Part shown: in pieces, positions 25,805-36,700 of the stretch
Numbering within the stretch: the stretch's first letter is position 1
Layout of the letters: each line of letters begins with the position of its first letter
Virus record (IMG/VR): IMGVR_UViG_3300042691_016420
Location: 1-64,000 of that record
Source: a virus
DNA length: 64,000 nucleotides
Direction: 5' to 3' (one strand)
Program-made: the position numbers and the translations under genes
Notes under the pieces: generated by a model
Databases searched by the model: none
Seen by the model: only the letters and a program-made list of their open reading frames with translations
Told to the model about the DNA's origin: nothing

Positions 25805-28202
25805 ACAGATTTTTTAATTCCAAATATAACTCATCTGCATCATATAGAGCAGTTAAGTTTTGGTCTATATCTGTACTTTGATATTGAATCTCATATACCC
25901 AATCTTTATCAAGTAACTTTTTCCAGGTCTCATATATTGAGATAAAGCGAAGAGCTTTCTGATAGAGAACCTTATCTAATTTGCAAGCATCACATAGAGT
26001 ATCATCAAGAAGTACTTTCTTCTGTAATTCTAACATACAATTCTCAATCTCACAGAAGTTTATAATATACTTAATTAAACCATCAGAAGTTACTTTGTAA
26101 ATACCGTCTTTATCAAATGTAATTTCTTGAAAAGCAAGAGGAGGTATCTCAACACTCTTAAGAATTCCTGTAGAGTTATAATTTGAAATCTCAAAAGTTA
26201 ATACGCTATTCTTGTAGTTATATATTCTATACTTACCACAAGACATTCTTCTAATCTTCCAAGTTCCACAAATTGGGAATACAACCTCCTTAGTTACAGT
26301 AACACTATAATTAGTTACAGCTACTACAAGCTTAACCATAGTAAGTTTCTCAGGTGCCCATAATCCTTTCTCAGTATCTAATGAACCATAGTAATACTTA
26401 GTTCTAAGATACTCACTTACAAATAAATCTGATTCTGCAGCATTTTCATCAGCAAAATTAATAGCATCCTCAAATAAAGTTGGTGTATCAGAAGCTGTAC
26501 CTTGTAACTCCCATACATATGTATTGGGATTCAGATAGTATAATGAGTATCTTATATTAGGAGTATTTGTTGCATCAAGTTGTGGTTCTGTAGGAACAAT
26601 GTGTAACTCCTCATCAGCATTAAAACAATTAAAGTTCAAATTCTGTAAGAAGATACTTGCATTCTGATTAATTTGTACACAAGAGATAGTTGGTAAATCA
26701 AAAGTAGGTTTATACTCTTGTACAACAAAAGGAACTTCTAAATCCTCAACTAAGGGAAGATCTGGATTAATTGCTTTGTAAACTACTTTATACTCAGCAT
26801 TTGGAGAACTTGCTTCTGAGAATGTATATGCATAAAATAATCCAGGAAGTACATTTTCATAGATAAAAATAATCTCATTATTCTTATAGATATAAGCCTC
26901 AGCTCTTGCATTATTCTCAGGAGTAATAATCAAATTAGGCTCTAATGGATCAAGATACTGAAAAGCAAATCTTATTGTATAAGATCCTGGATCTTGAGAT
27001 TCTGAGTGTAATGTCTCAGCATCAGATAATGTAAGAAGACCTGGACTAGTAAGAGTACTATGAGTAACTTCATTATTACAATTCCTTACTATAGTTTCAA
27101 TCTTAATTGGATTTCCATTTGGAGTAAAGGGTAAAGAGAAATTAGTAAAGTCTGGGTCATTATCATCCCAACCTGAACCTATTCCTAAAGAATAAGTTAT
27201 TGGAGAAAGAGATGCCCATACACCATTTACAAGTTCTGAGAGTGTGTATGTAATTGAGGGTTCAAAACCACCCTCTAGTGGACATACATTATTATTTAAT
27301 ACTAATAGAGATGGAGAGTAAGTATAATTAGCAGTTGGATTTAAGACTGTAGAAATACTAGTAACCTCAAATCCACCTTCATAGCCACTTATATAATCAT
27401 ACCCTTGACCTCCTTCATTGTCATCTAATGTATCATCTATAAGAACCCATCCTGTTAAAGGAAACTCATTAGGATTAGTGCTTGGGTTAGTAAAGTAACA
27501 AAAAGGATCATCTGCTCCAACCATTAACCTCCAGAAATTAACTGAAGGTTCTACATAAGGGTTTTCAGGATCTGAAAAATAACCACTAGTATTTCCAGGA
27601 GCTAAGAAATAAGCAATACCATTAAAAGCAGGATCTGGTGTTTTTAAGTAGTAATTGTATGTTCCAGCAACAGGAGTATTCATTCCTAAGTTACCATTAT
27701 CATATCCTAAAGGTCTAACAGCAACATCAGTCTTAATATAAGTTCCATTCAAATCACTCCACTTAGTACCACCTGTTCCCCAACCTGTTACATTATTAAT
27801 AAATCCATCTCCAGCATTGGTAATACCGCTAACTAAGATATTTGCATTATCAACATCTCCACTACTCCATACCCACTCTACCTGTATCTCATGTTCAAAA
27901 ACAACAACATTTAATTCCTCAACAAGAGTTTCATTAGGATTCTCAAGCTCATCAACATTTTCTGGATCAGGTATAGCAGTTACTGTTAAGTTTGAGTAAG
28001 CTTTGTTTAACTCAAGTATATAAACATCTCCAGATTTATAAACTTCTGGATCCCATGTTCCATTAAGCTCAAGGATTAATTCTTCAGCTACTTCATCATA
28101 TACTTCAATGTTAATACCTAAAGCGGTATATGTATCTGAGGTAGCTACAATCTCAAGATTATAACTATTAATCTGCTGTTCTACTTGTAAACTCAGTGCC
28201 AT
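25764..28202 (-). CDS. Acidic virion structural protein with Cys-rich C-terminus (tail hub-like)
   Basis: Ig-like beta-rich body; C-terminal CDAC...CDDC...CNC. Confidence 0.5.
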   Translation of the reverse strand: MALSLQVEQQINSYNLEIVATSDTYTALGINIEVYDEVAEELILELNGTWDPEVYKSGDVYILELNKAYSNLTVTAIPDPENVDELENPNETLVEELNVVVFEHEIQVEWVWSSGDVDNANILVSGITNAGDGFINNVTGWGTGGTKWSDLNGTYIKTDVAVRPLGYDNGNLGMNTPVAGTYNYYLKTPDPAFNGIAYFLAPGNTSGYFSDPENPYVEPSVNFWRLMVGADDPFCYFTNPSTNPNEFPLTGWVLIDDTLDDNEGGQGYDYISGYEGGFEVTSISTVLNPTANYTYSPSLLVLNNNVCPLEGGFEPSITYTLSELVNGVWASLSPITYSLGIGSGWDDNDPDFTNFSLPFTPNGNPIKIETIVRNCNNEVTHSTLTSPGLLTLSDAETLHSESQDPGSYTIRFAFQYLDPLEPNLIITPENNARAEAYIYKNNEIIFIYENVLPGLFYAYTFSEASSPNAEYKVVYKAINPDLPLVEDLEVPFVVQEYKPTFDLPTISCVQINQNASIFLQNLNFNCFNADEELHIVPTEPQLDATNTPNIRYSLYYLNPNTYVWELQGTASDTPTLFEDAINFADENAAESDLFVSEYLRTKYYYGSLDTEKGLWAPEKLTMVKLVVAVTNYSVTVTKEVVFPICGTWKIRRMSCGKYRIYNYKNSVLTFEISNYNSTGILKSVEIPPLAFQEITFDKDGIYKVTSDGLIKYIINFCEIENCMLELQKKVLLDDTLCDACKLDKVLYQKALRFISIYETWKKLLDKDWVYEIQYQSTDIDQNLTALYDADELYLELKNLCDDCGDTTKKCNC

Positions 28203-28458
28203 TATCTTCTATATTAAGTTCTTTATCTTTAGTAAATCTTCTTACACCAATTAGTGTACCACTAGCAGTAGTAAGGATAGCTGCTTGAGTAAAGAGGTCT
28301 GCATAACCATTAATCCCTTTTAAGAGGCAGAATAATCCAAAAGCATATAATACTAGTGCTGCAATCCCATATAAAAATCCAAACAGAAGACCTAGTGAGG
28401 ATTTACCCTTACTGTTATTAAGTGCTTCTATAAGTTTGAAAGCTTTATAAGTTGGCAT
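28168..28458 (-). CDS. Putative holin (2 TM)
   Basis: Two hydrophobic helices, charged tail; adjacent to spanin. Confidence 0.6.
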   Translation of the reverse strand: MPTYKAFKLIEALNNSKGKSSLGLLFGFLYGIAALVLYAFGLFCLLKGINGYADLFTQAAILTTASGTLIGVRRFTKDKELNIEDNGTEFTSRTAD

Positions 28459-28473
28459 ACACCTTATACGAGG

Positions 28474-29046
28474 TTATCTTTGTAACCTAAGGTGTATAAG
28501 TATTCCTGAGATTGTTAGCAATAAGAGTATGCTTACAAACCAGAATTCCTGATGAGAGTAATACTTGTCAGGAGGAAGTACTGTCTGAGGACAAGGTACT
28601 TTATACTTAAGGGATAGTGTACTATCAATAGGGTAAACATTTACATGAATACCTAAACTATCTTGTCTTACTACAGCTTTATAGAAGGTATCTTTAACTA
28701 CAATACTATCCTTAATACATTTGTACTTAGAGACTTTCTTAGCTACTTTCTTAGCTAGAGATGTATCCCTGCAACTTCTTATAATAGTATTATATACATC
28801 CTCTATAATAATAGTATCCTGATAGAAAACTACTGTATCTATTTGCTTAATAGGATTATCAATAGTAACTATAGTCTCAACAGTATCTACTCTTCTAAAT
28901 TGTGGATACTGTATATAAATCTTATCAAGCTTCTTCTGAAACTTATCTATATCATGTATAGCATTTTGTTCAGGGCTTCTAAATAATCTACAGGAAGCAA
29001 GTAGAAGAAGTATGAGAAGACGTGTAGTTTTTTTTACCAGACTCAT
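28474..29046 (-). CDS. Putative unimolecular spanin
   Basis: Lipobox LLLLASC at N-terminus plus C-terminal TM FWFVSILLLLTISGILIHL. Confidence 0.7.
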   Translation of the reverse strand: MSLVKKTTRLLILLLLASCRLFRSPEQNAIHDIDKFQKKLDKIYIQYPQFRRVDTVETIVTIDNPIKQIDTVVFYQDTIIIEDVYNTIIRSCRDTSLAKKVAKKVSKYKCIKDSIVVKDTFYKAVVRQDSLGIHVNVYPIDSTLSLKYKVPCPQTVLPPDKYYSHQEFWFVSILLLLTISGILIHLRLQR

Positions 29047-29061
29047 ACTTATTATACGCTC

Positions 29062-32000
29062 TTACCTACTTGCAGCCTTAAAGTCATTATACTGTATATG
29101 AGGGAATAAGTCCTCATAAGGATTATCAAGAGGATTAAGTTTAGAGATAGGTTGTAGAATCTTCAAATCTCCTTTCTCATATCTACCATAATCCCTCTCA
29201 TACTGTTTCCAAATAGAGATATTACCCTCATCATCCTCCTCAAAATCAAATGTTATTCTCATTATCTTAGCAAGTTGAGTAAGTGTACTTAAAGCAGCAA
29301 AAGGTTGGTTTACAAGTCTACTTTGATCAGAAAAACCAAATCCTGGAATGTATGTACCAATATCACCTCTTAATCTTGCAAGCTGGTAGATGGTTTCCCA
29401 GTGAATAAGATTCTCAAAATTACTATGTTCATCACTATCCCAATCATCATCATCTGCTCCAGCAAGAGGTAGGAACATAAAGCTTATAGTACCAAAAGCT
29501 ACTGCATCTACAAGACCTCTCCAAAAACCTTCCTTCTCAATCTCATTTAAGTTTTTCCAATTCTCACCAATCTTGGGAAGATTCCATATTTTAATTATAT
29601 TATCATATACAAATTCTCCAAATGCTCTATAGTAACCTAACTCTACTGAGCCAGCCTCAAAGTCCATTCTATACTTGTTATTACCCTTTTGAGTCATACC
29701 AGAGTATTTACTCCTAAAGGTAGGAACAATGTATTTTCTAAATTGCATAAACAATCTAAAGAGAGCCTCATCCTGGTGGTATAATCTATCAGATTCTGAG
29801 TATACACCATTGTTAGCCTTATTCAACTCATGCAATGTTCCTAAGAAATTCTCTGGCAATTTATCTACCTCAAATACACCATCTTCTGGGATCTCTACAC
29901 CCCACTTATCTAAAAGAGCTAACATAGATACAACTTGTATCTGATGTTCAGCCAAATTATTTAAAGCAAATGCTGAATTAAGTCCAAAAGTATCTTTAGC
30001 TGTTTGAAAATCAGCACCAATCTCATCTTTAAATCTACCTTGAACTGCATCAAGAGTCAGTATCATGTTGTTAAGTTTTTTCTTATCATTAACAATCATG
30101 CTTGTATATTTAGAGTGTGCTCTACCCAACTCTTTAAGAGTAAAGTTTCTACCTCCAATAGCTTCAGAAAGAGTTGCGTAATTACCTATAATTAAGTTAT
30201 TTAATGCAGAAGCAGGTTTAATAAACATTCTTGTTATTGCAGTAAATTTACCCATATAATCAAATACTCTATCCCACCATTGATTACCTGCTCTGGTCTC
30301 ACCATACAGTACTTGGTTAGTATATTTCTTAATTACCTCAGCTCTTCTATTTATTCTACTTCTATATGTCTCTCCTTCTTCTAATGGTTTAGTATTCTCA
30401 AGAGTTTTAGTTAATACCTCAACACTGCTAATAACATCACTCTTAGCTCTATACATCTGGACATCATTAGCCCAGTATAGGAATGATTGCATAATATTAT
30501 CAGAGCTCTCACTAACATCTAGAATTCTTGTATAACCTAGAGGTACATTTTGATAAGGCTCACCATTAAGTTTAGTAGTAGTTTTCTTTTCTTTCTTTCT
30601 TAGTTCTTGAGCATCATTATACTTATTTCTATTCTTAAGAGTTTTAGAAACATCTCTTAAGATACTTTGCTCATAAACTACAGGAACTACACCATTTAAT
30701 CTTAGGTGCTCAGGAAGCATATTATTCTTCTCATCATAAATTCTCTTCATCTCATTATAGAGATCAATAGTTTCCTGAGGTTCCTTCATAAGATTCTCAT
30801 ACTCTGGAGTCAAGAATATCTTATTACCAGTTTGTGGATCTACAGCTTCCTGATTGGGTTTATAGAAATTACCTTGGTAATTGTAATAAATTACACTATC
30901 CTTAGTAACTACCTTAAATGAGTTCTCACTCTCAGGTCCTATTTTATAGAAGTACTTAAGATTATCAAGAAACTTAGGAACATTACTTTTTCTAAGTTTC
31001 TCCATCATCTCATTCATCTCAGTAGCAGAGTAATTAAATGCAGTTGCTTTCTGATAGGCATTAAGTTTTGCAGATGCTTTCTTTCTCTGAGAGATTAAGG
31101 CATTTCTCTCATTAGTAGAGGTACTTGCATCTATCTTCTCATTCAAGGCCCTTATCTCTGCTTTATAATCTCTTACAGTATCATAATACTTCTGTAAATC
31201 ATACTTCTCAATAAATACCCTAACATTCTTCTTAACTGGTTGTACCTTAAGAACTCCATCCACATCTACCTCCTCCTCAGTCTCCATTTCCTTAATAGTG
31301 TAGAACTTCTTATATACCTCTACCATATTGGCACCAGTATCTTGTACTTTCTTAAAGTATGGAAGAAGATCTCTCTCAAGTTTAAGATGTAACTCTTTAG
31401 CATACTGTAGCATTCTTTTAACAGCTTTACTAAAGAGACCAGTAATCATATCATTAGCATTAGCTACAGGTACTCCATATGAGTTAAAGAAATCTAAATC
31501 TTTTCTAGGCTGCATAAGTTCCTTGATAAGATCTTCTTTAGTAAGTTCTTTCTCACCAACTAAAGCAAGTTGAGAATTAAGTTTCTTAGGAAAAGACATC
31601 CATAACCAATCTGCAAGATTGGGTATAGCTACCTCATAGAATGTATCAGTAGCATACTTTATCTCTAGTCCTAATACTGCAGCTTTCTCCTTAAGTTCTT
31701 GTGAGCTATCAGACTCATAAATATCATAAGACATCTGATGGAATACCATCATACTATCTACATAATCCTTTAAGAAAGATATCATAGAAAGTCTTCTATT
31801 AATCTCTGTAATCTTCTCATTCTCACTTTCAGGCAGTTCCTTAGATTCTGAGAGATCTTTCATTAAGGTTCTACTCTTAAGTACAGCAGTCTGCATAATC
31901 TTCATAAACTCTAAAAGATCAGCAGTACCTCTATAAGTATCTAAGTGTGTAAGAGCTTGTTGTAAGAGAGCAATCCTCTCAATTTGAAATTCAGATTTAG

Positions 32001-33222
32001 CAGTCTTAGAGAATCTTTCTATCTGTTCCTCAAGGAGTTTCTTCATCTCAGAAGCTCTTTGGAATATTTTTCTCTGATAGTTTTCCTTATCTAAGTCTTC
32101 ATATCTTATAGTATATCTATCCCCAGCAGCATCAATAATAGAGAAGTCCTCATTACCTATATCTACTATAGTTCCAGAATACATTAACCCATTAGAGTTA
32201 AAATCAACAGTCTTACCTACTTCCAAGTTACTCTTAAAGTAAGCTTGCTCATGCATCTCATACTTCCCAGGAACAGCCTTACTAATCATATTCTTGTATC
32301 TGAAGACTCTCTCCTCACCAGTAGGATATCTACCAGTAAAGCTATTATCATCAATACTTAATACCTCAATGCTCTTCTCAGATATTTGCTCAGATGTACT
32401 CTCACTCCAGTAATTAAAGTTTACAGTACCTCCCATTTGTAGAGAAGTTTCTAGAGCAGCTCTAAACTGTTCTACCTCTAAATCACTAAGAGTATTAGCA
32501 GGTTTAGGTTTAAACTTAGGTAAACTCTCAGGACTACTAACAAACTGTTTAAACCCCTCTACATCTTTTTGAGAACCTAATATGTGAATTTGTTCTGGTT
32601 CAAATACTATATATTTTCCATTATTGTTATAATCTAACCTTGCGTAAGCATCATTTATGTTTTCTAAATTTCCACCTAAGTTTTTATCTATAAATGGATT
32701 AGTAGTATTTAAAATAGCTGACTGAAGTTTTTTATCTTCAACCATCTTTTTAATATTAAAATTTCCATTTTCAAAATAATCAGTAATACCTTTAATTCCG
32801 TATTGTAGTAAAGTTTTTATAGAAGTAGCAAATTGAAATCCTTTTTTGTTTATACCACTATCAACTTGTGCTAAATTTTTATCAAAAGTATTATTTTGCA
32901 CAGTTCCAAAATGATAAACAATATCTTTTACTTTACTATTAGGAAATATACTATCAAGATATTGAGAATATTGTTCAGGTGTGCCTATAGAAGCAATTTC
33001 TGGATTCTCATTAAAAATATCTTCTACTCCTGGTTTAATAGGTTTATAAGAGATAGTAGGTGTAACATCTTGAGGAGTTACATAACTTGCAATTTCCTCA
33101 TCGGTGATATCTTCAATATCACCGTCTCTTAAGAAAAAGATATTGTAGGCAATGCTTTCATTGCCTACTCTTCTTACTAAATCTTTCCAAGTCTTACTTC
33201 TCTTATTTGGGCAAATTCTCAT
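29062..33222 (-). CDS. Large ejected/cargo virion protein with N-terminal ART-like domain
   Basis: 1386 aa; helical; C-terminal LFMQFRKY and hydrophobic segment as in crAss-type cargo proteins; VYH...GFQFATS...YIVFEPEQI module. Confidence 0.65.
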   Translation of the reverse strand: MRICPNKRSKTWKDLVRRVGNESIAYNIFFLRDGDIEDITDEEIASYVTPQDVTPTISYKPIKPGVEDIFNENPEIASIGTPEQYSQYLDSIFPNSKVKDIVYHFGTVQNNTFDKNLAQVDSGINKKGFQFATSIKTLLQYGIKGITDYFENGNFNIKKMVEDKKLQSAILNTTNPFIDKNLGGNLENINDAYARLDYNNNGKYIVFEPEQIHILGSQKDVEGFKQFVSSPESLPKFKPKPANTLSDLEVEQFRAALETSLQMGGTVNFNYWSESTSEQISEKSIEVLSIDDNSFTGRYPTGEERVFRYKNMISKAVPGKYEMHEQAYFKSNLEVGKTVDFNSNGLMYSGTIVDIGNEDFSIIDAAGDRYTIRYEDLDKENYQRKIFQRASEMKKLLEEQIERFSKTAKSEFQIERIALLQQALTHLDTYRGTADLLEFMKIMQTAVLKSRTLMKDLSESKELPESENEKITEINRRLSMISFLKDYVDSMMVFHQMSYDIYESDSSQELKEKAAVLGLEIKYATDTFYEVAIPNLADWLWMSFPKKLNSQLALVGEKELTKEDLIKELMQPRKDLDFFNSYGVPVANANDMITGLFSKAVKRMLQYAKELHLKLERDLLPYFKKVQDTGANMVEVYKKFYTIKEMETEEEVDVDGVLKVQPVKKNVRVFIEKYDLQKYYDTVRDYKAEIRALNEKIDASTSTNERNALISQRKKASAKLNAYQKATAFNYSATEMNEMMEKLRKSNVPKFLDNLKYFYKIGPESENSFKVVTKDSVIYYNYQGNFYKPNQEAVDPQTGNKIFLTPEYENLMKEPQETIDLYNEMKRIYDEKNNMLPEHLRLNGVVPVVYEQSILRDVSKTLKNRNKYNDAQELRKKEKKTTTKLNGEPYQNVPLGYTRILDVSESSDNIMQSFLYWANDVQMYRAKSDVISSVEVLTKTLENTKPLEEGETYRSRINRRAEVIKKYTNQVLYGETRAGNQWWDRVFDYMGKFTAITRMFIKPASALNNLIIGNYATLSEAIGGRNFTLKELGRAHSKYTSMIVNDKKKLNNMILTLDAVQGRFKDEIGADFQTAKDTFGLNSAFALNNLAEHQIQVVSMLALLDKWGVEIPEDGVFEVDKLPENFLGTLHELNKANNGVYSESDRLYHQDEALFRLFMQFRKYIVPTFRSKYSGMTQKGNNKYRMDFEAGSVELGYYRAFGEFVYDNIIKIWNLPKIGENWKNLNEIEKEGFWRGLVDAVAFGTISFMFLPLAGADDDDWDSDEHSNFENLIHWETIYQLARLRGDIGTYIPGFGFSDQSRLVNQPFAALSTLTQLAKIMRITFDFEEDDEGNISIWKQYERDYGRYEKGDLKILQPISKLNPLDNPYEDLFPHIQYNDFKAASR

Positions 33223-33710
33223 AGCATATCTTTTACGTTGTGCTCAAGAGTAATCATTACTTCTTTAGAGTCACCAAAGGTATTTATTTGATCTACAAAG
33301 GTTTGTGCCTTATCAAGTTCTTCTACTTGCTCAGCACAATACTTCATGCCCAAGGTCATAGTTGGAAAATCATCTAGAGCAGCTGCAGTCTTAGTAAGCT
33401 CATTACACTGTCTGGTAATCTCTTGCTCATGCTCAAGAGTCAACTCTAGAATATCCTTTAGAGAATTAAACTCATAATCAGGAGCAGGTAACTTAGTAAG
33501 CTCTGGCTGTACACCAAATGCAAGAAGATGATCTTTAGCAAACTTAGCATGAGCAAGTTCTTCATGAGCATACTTGTAATACAATGCTGCAAAGTTCTTA
33601 AATCCTTTATCATCAAGCCATAGAGCAAACTGCTCATAGATTCTGGAGGAAGCTTCTTCTTGTTGAATTCTGTAATTCAGAAGGTCTATAATTTTCTTAT
33701 CTAGTTTCAT
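33219..33710 (-). CDS. ftnA: Ferritin (non-heme, FtnA-like)
   Basis: QQEE, EELAH, EHEQEIT, EQVEE ferroxidase ligands; 163 aa. Confidence 0.85.
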   Translation of the reverse strand: MKLDKKIIDLLNYRIQQEEASSRIYEQFALWLDDKGFKNFAALYYKYAHEELAHAKFAKDHLLAFGVQPELTKLPAPDYEFNSLKDILELTLEHEQEITRQCNELTKTAAALDDFPTMTLGMKYCAEQVEELDKAQTFVDQINTFGDSKEVMITLEHNVKDML

Positions 33711-33715
33711 ATTTT

Positions 33716-36700
33716 TTATCCTTTACAAATATCCATTATTAGTGTTGATTTTCTCTCAGGAGAAAGGTCCATAAGTTCTTCTACGGAATTAATACCTATA
33801 TTTCCTAAGAGATCTTTATACTGTTCAAAGTTACTTGAAATTTCATTAATAACATCATTTTCTAAGTTAGTCTCAACTATAGGTTTAAATTTACCAAATT
33901 TTTTCTCCATATCTTTAGCTATTGCCTTTAACTCCTCATCCTCTTCAGCTTGCTTTCTAGCTTCCTGAGCTTTAATTAAAGCATCAGCATCTGCTTCTGG
34001 ATTATTAAAGGTTTCTTCAGCAGATACTACAGGAGGCTCATTTAATTGTACAGGAGGATTAGAGACAGCATTATCTTCTTTTTCATTCTCTACTCCAGAA
34101 TATGGGGCATCATTAAAGTCACCAAATTCTCCATAAGGATCATATCTTTCTGGAATATTATTATATGCTCCTTGTCTATACTCAGGTTCTTCAGGAAGAA
34201 TGTCTGAGTAAGATGCTCCTGTAAATCCTCTAGATTCCTCCTTAGGCAAAGTTTTAATAGCATTTTCTGCTTTCTCCTTAAATACATTATAAGGATATTG
34301 TCTCATCATTGCACTAGGAAGATAACCATTATTAATTACCTTAAGTCTTTTATAAACTATTCTATTAACAGGTATCTTATTCTCAGTTAAAGATTCTACC
34401 TTACTTTCATACACCTCCTTAACAAAGATAGCTTTCTTATCATTTATAACAGTACTAAATACTAAAGGAGAAATAATCTCATAAGGATTAACAGAAGGAT
34501 CTACCTCAACTACATAAGTATCCTTATCACTAGCAAAAGGAGTTAGCTCTACAAAATCTTGTTCCTGAGGTTTATAAAGAAACTTACTATTCTCAAGATC
34601 TTTAATATGTCTTGCATTTCTATTATCACTGAAGAAGTACTTAGCAAAGTTTCCAATTAAGGAAGTATAGTTATCATAGTTTGTATGATAGACAAGTTTC
34701 TGTCTTACAGTCTTAGGTTCAGGAACATTGATGCCTCTTTGCTTAAGATATTGTATATCCCTCAGTTCTTCAATACTTAAATCAGATTCTTTAAGCTCTC
34801 TGATAATGGGCTCAACATACTCAGTGTACATTGAGTTATATGTTCCAAAATACTCAGCTCTAATCTTACTTACTACTGAGCCCTGCAGGTATCTATAATT
34901 ATCATGTACAGCAATATGAGCAAGAACCTGATAGGCAAAGTTTTTAATATCAGCATCTTCTGAGTAGACCATCATATCAAAGCTATCTACAATACTTTGT
35001 TCTTGAGCAGGAGATAAGTTCTCAAATGTATCTATACCAATTCTTTTAAATGGATACTTAGGTGTTTGTGGTTTTTCCTCAAACATTTTACCTATTGTAA
35101 AGGCTCCTAGTCTATTCTTAACTTTCTCATAAGCCTCAGTAAGAGCTTTACCAGTAACTATATCATCACTGTATAAATCTATTCCCCCAAGTACATTTCT
35201 CTCCTTATGTTTGCTAAAGAAGATATTAATACCCAAGAAATCTATAAACTCCTTATTAAGGGAGGCTTGGAACTTCTTACTTAGGTAATCATTTCCTTCC
35301 TTATCTGTACTCCTAAGAATAGAGCTAGTTAAGGAACTTGTATTTTTATGATAGGAGATAAGTTTATTACCAATCTTATTACTCAATTTTGTAGAGATAT
35401 CATTAACTCCCTCAATAAAGACATTGCTGGTAATATTGCTAGAATTAAATGAGAAAGTTTTTATTGTATTACCATCACTATCAGTTTCTTCATATGCAAT
35501 ATTCTCATATGCAGAAAGAAGCTTATCTATCTCAAACCCTTCTTTACCAATATTCTTATTAAAGTTAAGAAGAGTATTTATCTGATAGGCATCTTTAGTA
35601 ATCTTACTAACCTCATTATAAAGAGAAGCTACTGTATACTGAACATTCATTCTATGCTTATCTTCATCTGAGAGATTACTGAAATCTTTCTCTCCCATTA
35701 AGTTCTCAATCCTCTTATTATCATCCCATGTAGAGATACTATCAACAAGATCAGCATCTGTAAGAGTAATTTCCTCAGCACCTTTAGCTGCAAGAGATTG
35801 CATAAACTCCTCAATAACTTTAGGATTATCTCTGAACTCCTGGTACTCATATATGCTCTTGCTAGGTACACTTAAGAGAGAGGCTATCTTTCTGGCAGCT
35901 GGAGTTTGTAGGATACCTGAGATTCTATTTATACCCATACCTAACATTGCCATAGTAGATATCTCAGAGATATTACTATCAGTGATATTAAAGAGAACTA
36001 GAGTTTGATCTTTAGCATTATCCACAGTAATGGATACCATGTTAGAGAGAGTATTAAATTTGAGGACATTCTCAGTCTTAGTTATAAAACCAATCTTGCC
36101 ATCTTGCATTATAAAATCAAAATCTTGCTCTAGTTCTGAGGAAGTATCATACTCTAAGTTTGCATACAAACTCTTCAGTCTTGCAACTAATCCACTATTA
36201 AGAGAAACACCATTCTTCTGCAAGAAAGCTGCTACCTTATTTATATTAGCTGCGCCTCCAATAGCCTTACTACCTGTAGAGATCTTTCTATACTCATTAA
36301 GCATAGTATCTTGTCCAGAGTATACAACATATTTCTGAGCTTCTTTTTTAGAGTTTGGATAACCAGCTTCTAAGAAATAAGCAGGTTTATTTTCTTTTTT
36401 ATCCCCACTATAAATTTCCTTCATGAAATCTTTAGCAGGAGTATTAATAAGCCTTACACCCTCTGGAGAAGTAAGGAGTTGCATTCTAAGTTCCAGCAAT
36501 CTATTAAAGTTACTTTCTGGAATTATAGAATTAACTGTTTTGCTTCCATCAGGATTCTTGTAATCCTTTAGATAACCTGTAAGAATTGCTCTTCTATCTG
36601 GGTTATCCTTATCTCTAATTAGAGTAATAGCCTCAGTAGTAGATCTTCTATTTACTTCTTCTAAAAGATCTTTTTGATATTGTATATCATTGTTTATAGC

